NCBI RefSeq assembly: GCF_009914755.1
Contig: NC_060942.1
DNA from: the human T2T-CHM13v2.0 reference genome, Homo sapiens
Strand: one strand, 5' to 3'
Length of the DNA stretch: 64,000 nt
This document shows, one piece after another, positions 25,228-39,348 of this stretch (its first letter is position 1; each line of letters opens with the position of its first letter). The translations under genes and the position numbers were made by a program. A model generated the notes under the pieces. It saw nothing but the letters and a program-made list of their open reading frames with translations, was not told the DNA's origin and did no database searches.

Positions 25228-27729
25228 TGTGTTAGTTTGCTAGGGCTGCCACAGCAAAGCACCACAATTCTAGCGGCTAGAAGTCCAAGATCAAGGTATG
25301 GACAGGGCCATGCTTCTTCTAAAGGATCTAGGGCAGGATCTGTCCCAGGCTTCTATCCCAGATTTAAGTAGGACCTTGGCTTATGGCAGCATCACTCCCA
25401 TCACCACATGGCATTCTCCCAGTGAGCATGTTTCTTTCTGTGTGCAAATTTCCGCTTTTCATGAAGACACCAGTCATGTTAGATGAGGCTCATCCTACTC
25501 CAGTATAACCTCATTTTAAAATTATAAATTGACAATTTATGATCATATAAATTTACAGAGTACAAAGTGGTATTATAATTCATACATATAATGTGAAATA
25601 ATTAAACTAAGCTAATATATCCATTACCTAAAATACTTAACATTTTTGTGGTGAGAACATTTGAAATTTTGAAATGTACAATACTCTGTTATTAACTGTA
25701 TTCACCATGCTGTGTAATGGAATTCAAAAAAAGAAGAAAAACATATTCTTCCTGTATGAGATTTTGTACCCTTTGACAGTCCCCTCCCCATTCCCCAACC
25801 CTGCCAGCGTCCAGCGTCTTTAACTACCACTCTACTCTCTGCTTCGATGAGTTCAATTGTTTACATTCCACATATAAATGAGAACACATGGTGTTTGTCT
25901 TTCTGTGCCTGACTTCACTTAGGATAATGTTCTCCAGTCCCATCAATGTTATCACAATGACAGAATTTCCTTATTTTATTGAAGGCTGAATAGTATTCCA
26001 TTGTGCATATATACCACATTTTATTTATGCATTCATCTGTTGATGGACACTTAAGTTGATTCCATAACTTGGCTATTATAATTAGAGCTGCAATGAACAT
26101 GAGGAAGCAGACATCTCTTTGACAAAGTGGTTTCAGGTCTTTTGAGTAAATTCCCAGAAGTGAAACTGTTGGATCATATGGTAATTCTATTTTTAGTTTT
26201 TGAGGAACCTCTAAACTGTTCTCCATAATGGTTGTACTAATTTACATTCCCACCAACAGTGTATGAGGACTCCCCTTTCTCCACATCCTCGCCAACCAGT
26301 TATTTTCATCTTTTGAAAAAAAGTTTTTCCAACAGATTTGAGATTATATCTCATTGTGGTTTAATTTGTGATTTCCTAATGATTAATGATGTTGAACCTT
26401 TTGTATATATCTGTTAGCCATTATTGTATTTTCTTTTAAGAAATGTATATTCAAGTCCCTTGATCATTTTTCAGCTGGGTTTTTGCTTTCTTGCTATTCA
26501 GGTCTATGAGCTCCTTTTATATTTTGGATATTAACCCCTTATCAGATGTATGGCTTACAAATATTTTCTCCCAGTCCATAGATTGTTGCTGCACACTGTT
26601 AAAAGCTTCTGCACAGCAAAGAAAACATTCACTTTGTTGTAATCCCATTTGTCTATTTTTGCTTTTGTTGCCTGTACATTTGGGGTCAAATCTAAAATGT
26701 ACTACCCACAGTAATGTCATATAGTTTTTCCCCTATGTTTTCATCTAGTAGTTTTAGAATTTCTGGTCTTACAATTAAGTCTTTAATCCATTTTGAGGTG
26801 ATTTTTGTATATGCTGTAAGATAAGGATCTAATTTCATTCTTCTGCATGTGGATATCCAGTTTTTCTATGGTCAAAAATCAGTTGATTGTAAATGTATGA
26901 GTTCATTTCTGGTCTCTCTTTTCTGTTCTCTTGGTCAATGTATCTTTTTATTTTGTGGTGGGGGGTGGGGAGGTGGGGGGGCAGGTGGTAATACCATGCT
27001 ATTTTAATTACTACAGCCATGTAGTTTAGTTTGAAATGAGGTAGGTGGCACTTCCACCTTTGTTCTTTTCCTTCATAATTGCCTTGCCTTTGTTACCAAA
27101 GTTTTTTGTTTCAATATAAATTTTAGGATTATTTTCTATTTCTATGAAAAATAATGCTGAAATTTTGATAAGGACTACATTGAATCTATATGTCATTTTG
27201 GGTAGTATGGACATTTTAACAATATTAATTATCCTAATCCATGAACACAGGATATCTTTCCATTTATTTGTGTCTTCTTTAATTTCTTTTATTGATGTTT
27301 TATAGTGTTCAGTGTACAAGTGTTTCATCTCCCTGGTTAAATTTATTCTTAAGTATTTTTTCATAGCTATTATAAATGAGATTGCTCTCTTGATTTCTTT
27401 TTTAGATAATTTGTTGTCAGTGTATAGAAAGTCTACTGATTTTGCGTGTTGAATTTGTATCCTGCAACTCTACTGTATTCATTTATTAGTTCTAACAGAT
27501 TTTTTCAGTATAGTCTGTAGGATTTTCTATATATAAGATCATGTCATCAGCAAACAGTAGCAATTTCCCTTCTTTCTCTCCTATTTGAATACCTTTTATG
27601 TCTTTCTTTTACCTCATCTTAACTAATTGCACCTACAATGACCTATTTCGAATAAGATCAGATTCTGAGATACTGCATGTTATGACTTCAACATATGGAT
27701 TTGAGGAAGATATAATTCAACCCATAGCA
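25228..27729 (-). mobile_element. MLT1 (B/C-like) MaLR LTR split in two (25228-25517 and 27611-27729) by an L1MA
   Basis: TGTGTTAGTTTGCTAGGGCTGCC...AAGTCCAAGATCAAGG; resumes ACCTCATCTTAACTAATT...ATTCAACCCATAGCA; duplicated ACCTCAT(T/C)TT at the junctions. Confidence 0.8.
25518..27610 (-). mobile_element. L1MA (about L1MA5-7) 3' ~2.1 kb
   Basis: ORF2 remnants (ORF 25915-26226 IELPYDPTVSLLGIY...MEYYSA; ORF 27026-27364 EIKEDTNKWKDILCSWI) and L1MA 3' UTR. Confidence 0.9.
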
Positions 27730-28496
27730 AAGAACATGAGAACCTGTGAAATAGTCTACAAATAAAGGATGTGGATTGTATATTCATAGTGAAAAAATGT
27801 TTTATCACTTCTCCAGTCCTATCCCAAGGCCTGTTCTCCTTGAGAAAAAAACATAAATATTCAATACTAAAGCAGAAGGGTCCTGACAGATCATTTACTT
27901 TCATATCTTATGGTGTAGCTGGGAAAACTGAAGTCTCCAGGGTTAAAGCAAAGTACTCACTCAAACACTGGGGTAGCAAATCCAAAACCTGAATTTGAGT
28001 CTCTTTATTTCCTAGACTCTGTCCCCCGTGTCCAGCTTACCAGGAGCTGGGATACTGTGAACAGTTTCGCCCTTTAAACTAAACATTGGTTTTCATTCGT
28101 GGGTTGTTAAATGCAAGGGCCAACCCCTTCTGGAAGTGAAATTGGGCATCAGGGCCCCTACGCACATCTCTTCTACGGTTGCCCCTGAGGTTGCATTGAC
28201 CAGAGGACTCTCCAAAGCATAGACTGAAATTCCTGCAGCATTTTGGACAGCGCCCTGTGCTTTTCACATTGCCCCTCTGCTTCTCTATCTCTAATTTCAC
28301 AACTTCTCAGTCCCATCATCTCAGAGCCTAGCCTAGCTCCAAGTTGGTAATCAAAAACATGTTAGCCTAATGTATTTGTTTCCTAATAGGTGATAGGTAA
28401 TATTTTAATAGTAATAAGCCAGTCTTCTACTCCCTTTCCTCTTTCAGGAGTCTCTTGGGCATTCTGAGTGACTATCTTTGGAAGATAAAATAAGAC

Positions 28497-30125
28497 ATAT
28501 TTTCTCCCATTCTGTAGGTTGTCTTTTCACTCTGTTGATTGTTTCATTTGTTGTGCAGAAGCTTTTCAGCTTGATATAGCCCCACTTGCTTATTTTTGGT
28601 TTTGTTACCTGTGATTTGGTATCATATTCATGAAATCATTGCCAAGACCAGTGACATAAAGTTTTCTCCTGTGTTTTCTCCCATGACTTTCACAGTTTCA
28701 AGTCTTACACTTAGTCTTCAATCAAGTCATTTGAGTTGATTTTTGTGTATGGCATAAGATAAGGATCTAATTTCATTATTTTGCAAGTGCACAACCAGGT
28801 TTGCCAACACCATTTGTTAAAGGACTGTCCTTTATTGTGTATTCTTGGCACCCTTGTCAAAGATCAATTGACTTGATATACATGAATTTATTTCTGGGTT
28901 TGCTATTCTGTTTCACCGGTCTATATACCTGTCTTGATGCAAGCACCACACAGCTTTAATTACTATAGTTTTATAGTATACATGGAAATCAGAAAATATG
29001 ATTCTTCTAGTTTTGTTCCTTTATCTTAAGATTGATTTGGCAATTCATAGTCTTTTGTGGTTCTATATAAATTTTAGAATTGTTTCTTCTGTTTCTGTGA
29101 AAAATGCCACTAGGATTTTGATACGGATTGCATTGAATTTGTAGATCACTTTGGGTAATATGAACATGTTCACAATGCTAAGTCTTCCAAACCATATATC
29201 TGATAAGTTCTCAATCTCCAAAATATATAAAAAAAACCTCCTACGACTCAATAATAAAACAACAACAACCACAAACATAAATGAGCTGAAGATTTGGGTA
29301 GACATTTCTCCAAAGAAGACATATAAATGGCCAACAGGTATCTGGGAAAAAAAATGTTCAGTGTCACTAATCATCAGGGAAAGGCAAAACAAATCCCAAT
29401 GAGAGGTCACCTCACACCTATTACAATGGCTATTATCAAAAAAGATGAGACAATAAGTGTTGGTGATGATATGGTTTTATCCTCATCAACCCTCATACAC
29501 TGTTGGTGGGTGTATAAAGTAGTATAAATATTGTGGAAAACAACATGAAGTTTCCTCAAAAAGTTAATAATAGAAAATACCACATGATCTGGCAATCCTA
29601 CTTTTGGGTGTTTTTCCAAAAGAATTGAAATCAGATCTTGAAAAGTTATTAGTACTTTTGTGTTCATTGCAGCATGATTCACAATAGCAAGATGTGGAAG
29701 CAACCTAAATCTCTATCAACAGATGAATATATAAACAAAATGTGGTACACACATGCAATAAATTGTTATTCAGCCTGAAAAAAGAAGGAAATTCTGCAAA
29801 ATGCAACAACATACATGAAACTTGAGGAAATCATGCTAAGCGAAATAAGCCAGTCATAGAAAGTACATGATTCCACTTATATGAGGTATCTAAAATAGTC
29901 AGGTTCATAGAATCAAATAATAGAATGATGGTTGTCAGGAGCTGGGGAGAGGGGGAAATGGGAGTTGTTAATCATATGGTGTAGAGTTTCAGTCAAGCAA
30001 GATGAACAAGCTCTGGTGATGTGCTGTACAGCATTATACCTATAGTCAACAATAATGAATTACATACTTAAAAATTTATTCAGAGGGTAAATCTCATGTT
30101 AACTGTTTTTACTGCAATATAATAA
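28497..30125. mobile_element. L1MA (about L1MA9) with a 5' inversion: 28497-29187 on minus, 29188-30125 on plus
   Basis: Strand switch at ~29188; both segments depart from the same consensus point (TGGGAGAAAATAT | AAACCATATATCTGATAAG); approximate TSD AAATAAGAC/AATAAAGAC. Confidence 0.87.
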
Positions 30126-30235
30126 AGACCTTTAATCTTTGGCTTATTTTGACCAAACTAAAAGGCTTAGATTTACTGGATAGATACAGGTGGTCATCAT
30201 GGTGTTCTTCAGATTTCAAAGAGATGGTCACCATC

Positions 30236-30598
30236 TGATATGGTTTTGCTGTGTCCCCACCCAAATCTCATCTTGAATCGTAGCTCCCATAATTCCCACA
30301 TGCAGTGGGAAGGACTGGGTGGGAGGTAATTGAATCATGGGGGTGAGTCTTTCCCATGCTGTTCTTGTGATAGTGAATAAGTCTCACAAGATCAGATGAT
30401 TTTATAAAGGGGAGTTCCCCCACACAAGCTTTCTTGCTTGATGCCATTAAGACATGAATTTGCTCTTCATTCACCTCCCATCATGATTGTGAGGCCTCCC
30501 CAGCCATGTGGAACTGTGAGTCAATTAAATCTCGTTCCGTTATAAATTACCCAGTCTCAGGTATGTCTTTATTAGCAGCATGAAAACAGACTAATACA
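30236..30598 (+). mobile_element. THE1B-like solo LTR
   Basis: TGATATGGTTTTGCTGTGTCCCCACCCAAATCTCATCTTGAAT...CAGACTAATACA; perfect TSD CCATC. Confidence 0.94.
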
Positions 30599-31564
30599 CC
30601 ATCTTTTTTCATCTACTCTTAAGCCTTTGGCATCTTGGGTGGCCTACGGCAAATTTAACACATTGAGGTGTAAAGAGCTTATATTGCAGCTGGTGTGCCG
30701 TTCAGCTTCAGAGCATGTTCTGAGCTGTCTAGATAAACTCTACAGTATATCTGATCACACTGGGTTTCCACTCTTCCCACAAAATCTCACCTTTTTCAAC
30801 CTATTCAAAGATAGCTTGAAACAATACTTTCACGCTGCTTTCACTTTACTCCCTCTGTGCATAGGATTTCAAAAAGCAAAATACTGTATTGATCAGGCAA
30901 CTATCCTGGATTGTCTCAGAAAATACTCCATTCCCCAAAACAAGCCATCACCTTCAGTTCCTTTGAGGCTGCATCAGTGAATTATAAATTCGCTATAGCA
31001 AATTTATAATTGGAAAATGACATGAGATTAATTATGGAAATGCTTTTCCAATTTCAATAGTCAATTAATAAGCAAGTATATGAAGACCACAATAATTACA
31101 TTGTTCTACAAGCATTGCACTACAAGCCTTATTTAACTATATTTAGACTTTTGAAAGAGAATCCGGTTAGCATTATTTTTTAAATGAATTTGACATTCAA
31201 GGGATGCATGAATTTACTTTGGATGTTGGATTACAAATTAATGCTTATCAAATTAACATTGATTTTCTTTGTAGTCTAGGACCATCATCACAGAGAATTT
31301 TTCTGCATGAATTCCTGCCATGGTTATCACCAGGCTCATGAGTGAGATATCGGAAGGCACACAAACTTCCACGGACCCTATTAAAAAATACTCTTTCCTG
31401 ACATCTGTAGTAGCCATGTACAAGTCAAAGATCTATCTTACTCCCTTAATTGAAGAAATTGTTTTTCTCTATTGTGACCAAAGAGGGAAAGTAAGAGCCA
31501 GCATAGACCCTGGAAGTTGGTCCTAAAAGTATTTGATTTAAGTAAAACCTATGACTTATTTTCA

Positions 31565-31682
31565 TAGTATAATTATATGCCTTCAAAGGCAGAGGTCCTA
31601 CGTGTACAGTTAGATAAGTTGTAACAAATGTATAAAAAACACTGGAATCAAGATATACAATATTGTCATCACCCTACAAAGT
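31565..31682 (-). mobile_element. Old L1M 3' fragment
   Basis: GTGTACAGTTAGATAAGTTGTAACAAATGTATA...AATCAAGATATACAATATTGTCATCACCC. Confidence 0.55.
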
Positions 31683-31884
31683 CATGTGACATTTTACAAT
31701 AGTAAAATGTAACAGGTCTATCTTTCCACACATCTTCTATAGTCTAAATTTTCTGGGAGTGTGTGGTCATCTTCACTTTACCTCCTTCCTCCTTGGTGTT
31801 TGGATGAATAGAAAAGGCAGAGGCTGCCGTCAATTCATCTACTCACTGGTAGCCCTCCAACCCCTTCAGACATTTCCTGGGACA

Positions 31885-32075
31885 CTAGCTTTGTAGTCTA
31901 ACAAACCAGGCATAACTCTTGGCTCTATATCTACTTATCAGAGTTATTTTAAATGCCTGAGCCTTGGTTTCCTTATCTATAAGGTGAAGATGCTAAATGT
32001 ACCTCGTATGGTTGGTATAAAGATTAACTAAAATATGTAAAGGCCCCTGACGTTCAGAACATGCTCAGCTGATAT
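31885..32075 (+). mobile_element. MIR
   Basis: CTGAGCCTTGGTTTCCTTATCTATAAGGTG...AAGATTAACTAAAATATGTAAAG. Confidence 0.7.
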
Positions 32076-34608
32076 GCCATTCACCCTCTCTAGTTAAAAT
32101 CTTGGGTGCTGGGTCCTTTCTCTCCCTCTCCCTCACCCCAACCAACCATCCAAAGGGTATATTCTAGTCTTTTAGGATGCTGCATTTTAAAAAGACACTT
32201 TTTCTAATCAGAAAAACCAATCCTCACTAATGCGTTAGTAAACTTGAATAATTTCCCCTTCCAGGTAACATATTTGCATTTTAATTTAAGCCTTTGGGAA
32301 GATGTTGTTTTAGCCCAAATAAAGGACTTTGAGCTAAAAATGTCAGGAATTGGGGAATGGTGTAATATTTGGGGCCAGGCAGCAATATTTTTCTCTAGGT
32401 TCCAGATAGCTACCCTTCTGCCCATGTGCACAGTTGCCTGTGTTAATTGTAGGTGGCTTTTTTCAGGAAAAGATTATGTGTACAGGTTGCAGTCAAATTT
32501 TGGACAAGCTGCTTTAAACAAACTCATACAGGCATTAAAGTCAGAGCCTGGAATCTAAGTGCCATGACAAGGAAGCTGCCTTCTCACGGCTGGAGTGACA
32601 GCTCACAGTTGTTTAGCAGATGACAAGTAGAGATCTGCAGATCAACACTAGCATCATGGCAGCAAGCAATGGTCTCTGCTTTTGTGCGCCTCTCAGTGAA
32701 ACCCACCTGGCAGGTTCTGCTGGAAGCGCCAAGAGCATATCAGGGAAGGTAGCTGATCAGCTTCCCATTTAAAACATATTTAAATTCAGAGCCCTCAGTG
32801 AGAGGCATCAAAACAGCTAGATTAGCATTTTGGAGGGCTGCCTTTTTGTTTTCCTACCTTCCACACGCTGAACTGATAGAGCTCTGGCTATGCCTTGTTC
32901 TTCCTCTTCCTTTTTTACTGAAAGTGGTTGCTAACCATTAGAACCCGCCCAGGTATGTTCCTATTCAGGGCTCTGTCTTCCTGTGATGTTTCCTGAAGTC
33001 TTCTTTGCTATTGGCTAGTCCCTGATTTTGTATCATTTGCTTTTCTCAGGTAAACTGACTCCCATTCACCTTTCCTTTCACCATGCTTCTCTAGCAAACA
33101 ATAAAATGTCTCTGGATCACAAAAGATACTCTGATTGAAGCAAAGTAGATCTGCTGTCTTTTCTCTCCCTGTGCAGCTTTGTAGATAGATTGTGGATAAA
33201 ACTAAACGTCAGCTTCTCCAACTGCTGCAAGCACTGACCCCAAAGCAGATGACACATGTCACCCATGATCATCACTCAACTCAAGATTGATGATGAAGTG
33301 CAAAAGTGAGAACTCTTTTAGCTGTATACAAGTTTGCACTCAATATGTTTTCACAGCTTCAATTGTTTTAACAAACCATTTGAGGAAATATGTTTAGGCA
33401 TAATCCTTTGCTTCCTTCTTTTTTGGCATAGGATTTAGAACTCATACTTAACAGGAATTCACATAATCAGTATAAATATAAGGGAGCCGTATATATGTAA
33501 TCTTGAGCACACACAAATAAAAAGCATAAAAAAGAATAAAAAGTATAAAAAGCAAGGAAAATTAGATACTTAGTACTATTAAATCTTCAGGTCCAAATTA
33601 CTTTCTTTACACCTATATATCTAGACAGCAGCAAGTTGTCAATGGGATATATGAGTGGAACCTTCAACATACAGAAAATAGTTAATTTCTTAGACCAATG
33701 AATTAGGGACCAAGGGAATGGTGTTCAGCAATACATTGTCTTCCCTTGATCATTAATCTAGTTTACAAAGAGCTGCCCAGAGCAGGTTTTTTTGTATTTT
33801 TTTTTTACTATACCTGGCATTCGGCATCAATTTTCAATGTCAATTGGCATTGGCCAATTGGGTAACAAGATTAGGAGTGTCCAGCTACAGTAAAGAAAAA
33901 TATGTCAAAGTCGATTTTTCTTTCTTAATGAGACTGAAGCCTCCATTTTGCTGGTGTCAAGAAGAGGAAGAATGGCGATCAATGAATTTGATGACTGTGA
34001 GAAATTTTAGTAATCAATGAGTAATCAATTTTGCCGTTTTTTTCTTTAATCATTCTGAGCAATTATGTGAATATAATCTTTGGTGTGTATTATTAAAATA
34101 AAAGCTTAGGGATTTTAGCAATACTTAAAGTTGTACCCCTTCCTTTTAAGACAAAATAACAAGAAAAAATAGTGGCCATTAAATTCTTGGAGCTTCTATT
34201 TGAAATAAACCATTCAATATGTCAGTGATAACCGGCTCTGCAGAACTCTTCCATTTTCAAGTTCGGCACTCTTGGCTAATTTTATTAAGCCACCTTAAGT
34301 TCTTTCAGGGGCTTTCTAAATGGACTGTAGAATAATTCTCGTTGCCCAAATAGTTAAACTATTCAGTATATGCAAGCCAAGAGGTCCTGTGTTGACTCAG
34401 TGCCAGGACTCCAAACCTCTGAAGGCCCTATTAGGAAAGATAAATGAGAAGTGTTTTCCACCTACCTGTCCTTGCTTTCCACAGAATGAACTTTAAATCA
34501 AATTTTTAGCTTTATGTCACTTGAGAGAATAGTGAGAAGGGCTTTCAGGTGGAGGAAGAGCTATGATTAAAGCTTGTGAAGGGTTGAGAACAGATACATG
34601 GTAAATGA

Positions 34609-34633
34609 GTGTGTGTGTGTGTGTGTGTGTGTG
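34609..34633. repeat. (GT)n microsatellite
   Basis: About 12 uninterrupted GT units. Confidence 0.95.
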
Positions 34634-37600
34634 AAAAATGGTGTTGAGGATTTAGAATAGACAGCATTAACTGGTACAAAAAAAGAAGTGTGATATATTT
34701 AAGGGAAAAAAAGGGGAATATACTTTTGATAAAAACAGTTTCCCTCCGTCCATCAATGAATTTGGTGGGCAGTTCTTTGCTGGCCAGAAAAGCATCAGGG
34801 AAGAGAATATAAGTGGAACTCAATACATTTAAACAGTAATGGGTGAAATACATTACTGCATGCAAAAGAATCTAACAGAACACAAAACTAAGAGCATCCA
34901 GCTTAGGAAAGAAAATTTTGTCTCTTTATTGGGATCGGAGGCCAGCATTCCTCTTTGGGAGACAAGCAGGCCTCCATGGACACTACAGGTCAAGGTCTTG
35001 TGTTTTTGACACATTCAGTATGCAGTTGGGTTCCCAGTGACTCTTTGATAGGCTGTAAAGTCAAAGTGGCATGAGATTATTGAACTTTGGGTGCCCGACT
35101 TTTCCACACTCACAAAACCCAGAATGAAATCCCTTCTAATCACTGTTTCTCTCTTCTTTGGTAGAAGTTAAGTGGGAGAAGAATTATGCTCTGGAGTAAA
35201 CGCTTCCTCATCAACCTCCTGATGTTTATACAGGAGAGTGATCTTTGCTGGGAATTATAGGGCTCATTAAAGTGTTTTCATTAAAACTTGCACAAATTAG
35301 CAATCATCATCATCTAAGACTTTGGTGTAAGTCTACTAGCTTGTATGTGGTTGTAAGGATGTGTTCTAAAACTTGGAAGGGCCATATTATACTTTTATAC
35401 AGGTATTTTTCTTCCATAGATTCATATGTACAGTATCTTATTTTAGAGTCTTAAAATACATGTTTTAAACCACATCCATAAAACTCTTCAGATGTTCTTG
35501 TTATATTCAGTGTGGTCAGATACACAATCAGTGGTCGCTTCATGAACTAAGGCAACGGGCAAGCTGAGAAGCAGGCTAGCACACCACACATTGTGTGTAT
35601 CTTTACAAAGTGCCTGGGGGGGAAAGTGCATGGGCTGAAACCCACCCAGCCAGCCTTGTGTGCTCTGGAGAAAGCTGTTTGCCCACCTAGAAGATGTAAT
35701 TCCGTAAATGCATGGCACACGCAAGTGGATGCCTTGGTGACAAGCCCTTGTTATCAAAGAAAAAGAAAGTACCCTCATTCAACGTGAAAGGGAAGAAAAA
35801 TCAAAATTATTTAGATCCTATCTGTGTGTAGGAAGTTAACTGGATAGTGATGAAATCACTCACAAAACTTTTACCTGACTCCTTTGGGTCAGGCATTGAC
35901 CATTGGCCGAGGTGCTTGGGGAAGCAAGTGGTCCTTACTATTTCAGGATACAGCAGGTAGGAAGCCAGTCACATGAACAAAAAAGGTGATCGTGTATAAT
36001 TAGTGTTGCAACAAAGTTTACAGAACATACAAATAAACCCCAGAGGGGTTAGAGATTGGCAGCTTAGTTAGGAGTGGGTGGAGAAAAGGTAAGTCTCTTT
36101 CAAAGCCCCATTTCTCTTGGAGTGCTCAAATCAAGAATTATCTGATTGATATGATCAGAATCCACCTGCTTCAGGTGATCCTATGCCCTTTTATAGTCCT
36201 TTATTCTTTTCTCTTTGGATGTTTCCCCCTTCTACCAGGAACCAATACCCCCAAGTAATGAACTCCTACAGCCTAATCAAGCTCCATCAAAGGTATCAAT
36301 TGAGGGTTCAAATCCTTCAATGTCACTAAAGTGACATCTGAGCTGATTGGATAGTGAGTCTATCCTAATGTATTAAGGGGTGATTGTGTCTTTCCATTAT
36401 GTCTCTGGGGCAACATGTATTTTAATAGGGCTCTCAAATCCTTAACCTAAGAGATTCACTAAGGTGGGGGCGGTGAGCTGGCAGGGAAGGTATTTGGGAA
36501 CAATTGGTTCTCTTGGATCTTCTTTAATCATAGCACATATGCAGAGGCTTCATCAACCGAAAGAAGCTATAAAAAGTTTATCCGAAGTCAGAAAAAAAAG
36601 TTCCGATTAAATAGTCCAGAACTCATACATTCATTAGCATAGTTTTTTGATTCCTCAAAAAAATTACTGAGAAGGCCTTTGATGTATCAAATATTAAGCC
36701 TTTGATGTATCAAATGCTATATGCCTGGAGGGATTAGTTCTGATTAGAAAATTCTAGTCTCTGGTCTATCTCACAGCATTTAACGACTTGTGCATCCTTT
36801 ATTAATAGGCAAATGGCAGCTGGCATTCTTTTGCCAGTGTTTGCAGGAGCCTGTGTTTGCAGCAGCACACTATGTGTCTAGCCTTGGAAGATATTGTAGT
36901 TTGGACTTGGGGGTAGCAGTCAGAAGAACTTACTGATCTTGGGGGCATTGTTCACAATATTACCACTAAGTATTTTCATGTATTCCCTGAGGATAAGTAT
37001 TCCTTTCTGAGTCCCTGGAACCTCTGTGAGCTATTGTTTCACTTTGTCTCGCAGGAAGAAAGGACAATCTGGCAGTCTTCATATGCCTAATGGTTCTATT
37101 TTGTACATATCTTTCACCAGGGGTCCCTGGCACTGGAACAGAGATAAACTGAAGTAGAAGGACTTTTGCAAAGTAAACTTCTTAATAGAATATTTCATGG
37201 GATGGGCCGCTTTTGCAACCCAGTGATATTCATGAAGGTGTCTGAAGAACAGCAGACACTGGGCAGGGCCCTGACACTGCTTTGTCATTTGTATAAAATC
37301 AGTCTTGGTTCATCTATCATCTTAAACAGCTCTGTGTAAAACAGTTTTTGGTGGTCATACTTTTATGTAATATTCACTCTGGAGGGAAAAGAAGGTAGGT
37401 TTATAGGGAAAAGAAGGAAACTGTAAACTTCCACAGTGCTCTAGGGAAACATTTTTTGAGGTGCTGCTGACTGTGGATCTCTGGACTCTCCTCTAGTGGG
37501 AATTATTCCCGGTGGTGTCCCTCAGGAGCCTCCCATCCATGGAGAAAGCACAAGTCAGGAAATTCAGCTGTTGGCCTCTTCCTGTGAACATTCTACCCAG

Positions 37601-37780
37601 GGGCCTCTCAACAGCTTAAAGTAGAAATAGAAGGCCTTTTGCTAGTTGGGTGCAATGACTCAAATTGTGCTCTCCCAAGGCTGCATACTATTTTGAGAGC
37701 AAGCAATTAAGTAATGCTCAGGTTTATGGCTCAGCAGATGAACCTGGAATGGTTCATTTGTTCTCCTAAATAACCGCTGG

Positions 37781-37783
<3 letters not shown>

Positions 37784-37820
<37 letters not shown>
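37784..37820. repeat. (TG)n microsatellite
   Basis: About 18 uninterrupted TG units. Confidence 0.97.
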
Positions 37821-37822
<2 letters not shown>

Positions 37823-38253
37823 CCCTAAAGGTGAACTTCAGGATAGGTTTGCACTATGTATGCCCCAGGAAGCAACTTTATTGGATTGCATTAAAATACC
37901 CTTCAAACGTGAGTTAGAGCTCTCCTTGGTGCTGTGGACTCCTCATCTATGCAATGGAAAATACAACCCAACTCTCCTATAGAGGCTCCAATCAATGACT
38001 CCCAGGAAGTGGTGGGCATGTGTCACCTATCCTCAGCTGTCCATTTACCTGTTATGTTTCCAGAAGGCTGTTATTCCCAGGAGAGGCTGTGGCTCCAACG
38101 TGAATCAGCAGTGAGCGTTTGCTTTTGCTAGTCCTCAGTTTACACTGAGCACTTTCCCAAACTGGGCTCTGGGTTTTGAGATGGGCACTTACAGAGCTGA
38201 AGGGAACAAGAAGGTGATATGATATCCTCACAGTATTCTTTAGGTCATTTCTT

Positions 38254-38432
38254 TTTCTTTTTTCCTTTTTAAGAGATGAGGTCTCGCTATGTATTTCCAT
38301 GAATTCCCTCCCAGGCTACAGTGCAGTGGCATGATCACAGCTCACTGCAGCCTCAAACTCCCAAGCTCAAGTGAACCTCTTGCCTCAGCTTCAAGTAGCT
38401 GACATTACAGGCATGTGCCACTGTGCTGGGCT
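38254..38432 (-). mobile_element. Monomeric Alu (FRAM/FAM-like) with a short internal insertion
   Basis: Single arm ...CAGTGCAGTGGCATGATCACAGCTCACTGCAGCCTCAAACTCC...; TSD AGGTCATTTCTT at 38242-38253 and 38434-38445. Confidence 0.82.
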
Positions 38433-38811
38433 GAGGTCATTTCTTCTTGCCCCTAAAGCATCAAAGACAAACCTTCCTTGGTTAAGCAGCAGGGGTAGCC
38501 AAGTTGACACAAGAAAAAAAGGAGAGAGGTGATTATTGCTCAAGTGCAGTGTCTGCCCACTTCTCCCTCCCCCTCCTGGAACTCTGGACTGAGCTCAAGT
38601 CCTGCCTTGACTTCCAGGGGGGCCTCCCTGCCTTCACCTCTTCGGTGCAGAATGAGATGCTCCTGAGGGCCAGAGATGCCACCAGGAGATTTTACGTTCA
38701 TGTTTTGTATTCAAATTAAAGGTAACTTCAGCAACCTTCCTCATCAGTTAGTCCTCACATATCCTCTTGTATTAAATGTATATTAGATTTCTTCTTAAAA
38801 GAAAATGTGAC

Positions 38812-39348
<537 letters not shown>

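Noticed and set aside
25915-27364. ORFs resembling a reverse-transcriptase protein C-terminus
   Set aside because: Broken L1 ORF2 remnants in a truncated L1MA; not an intact CDS.
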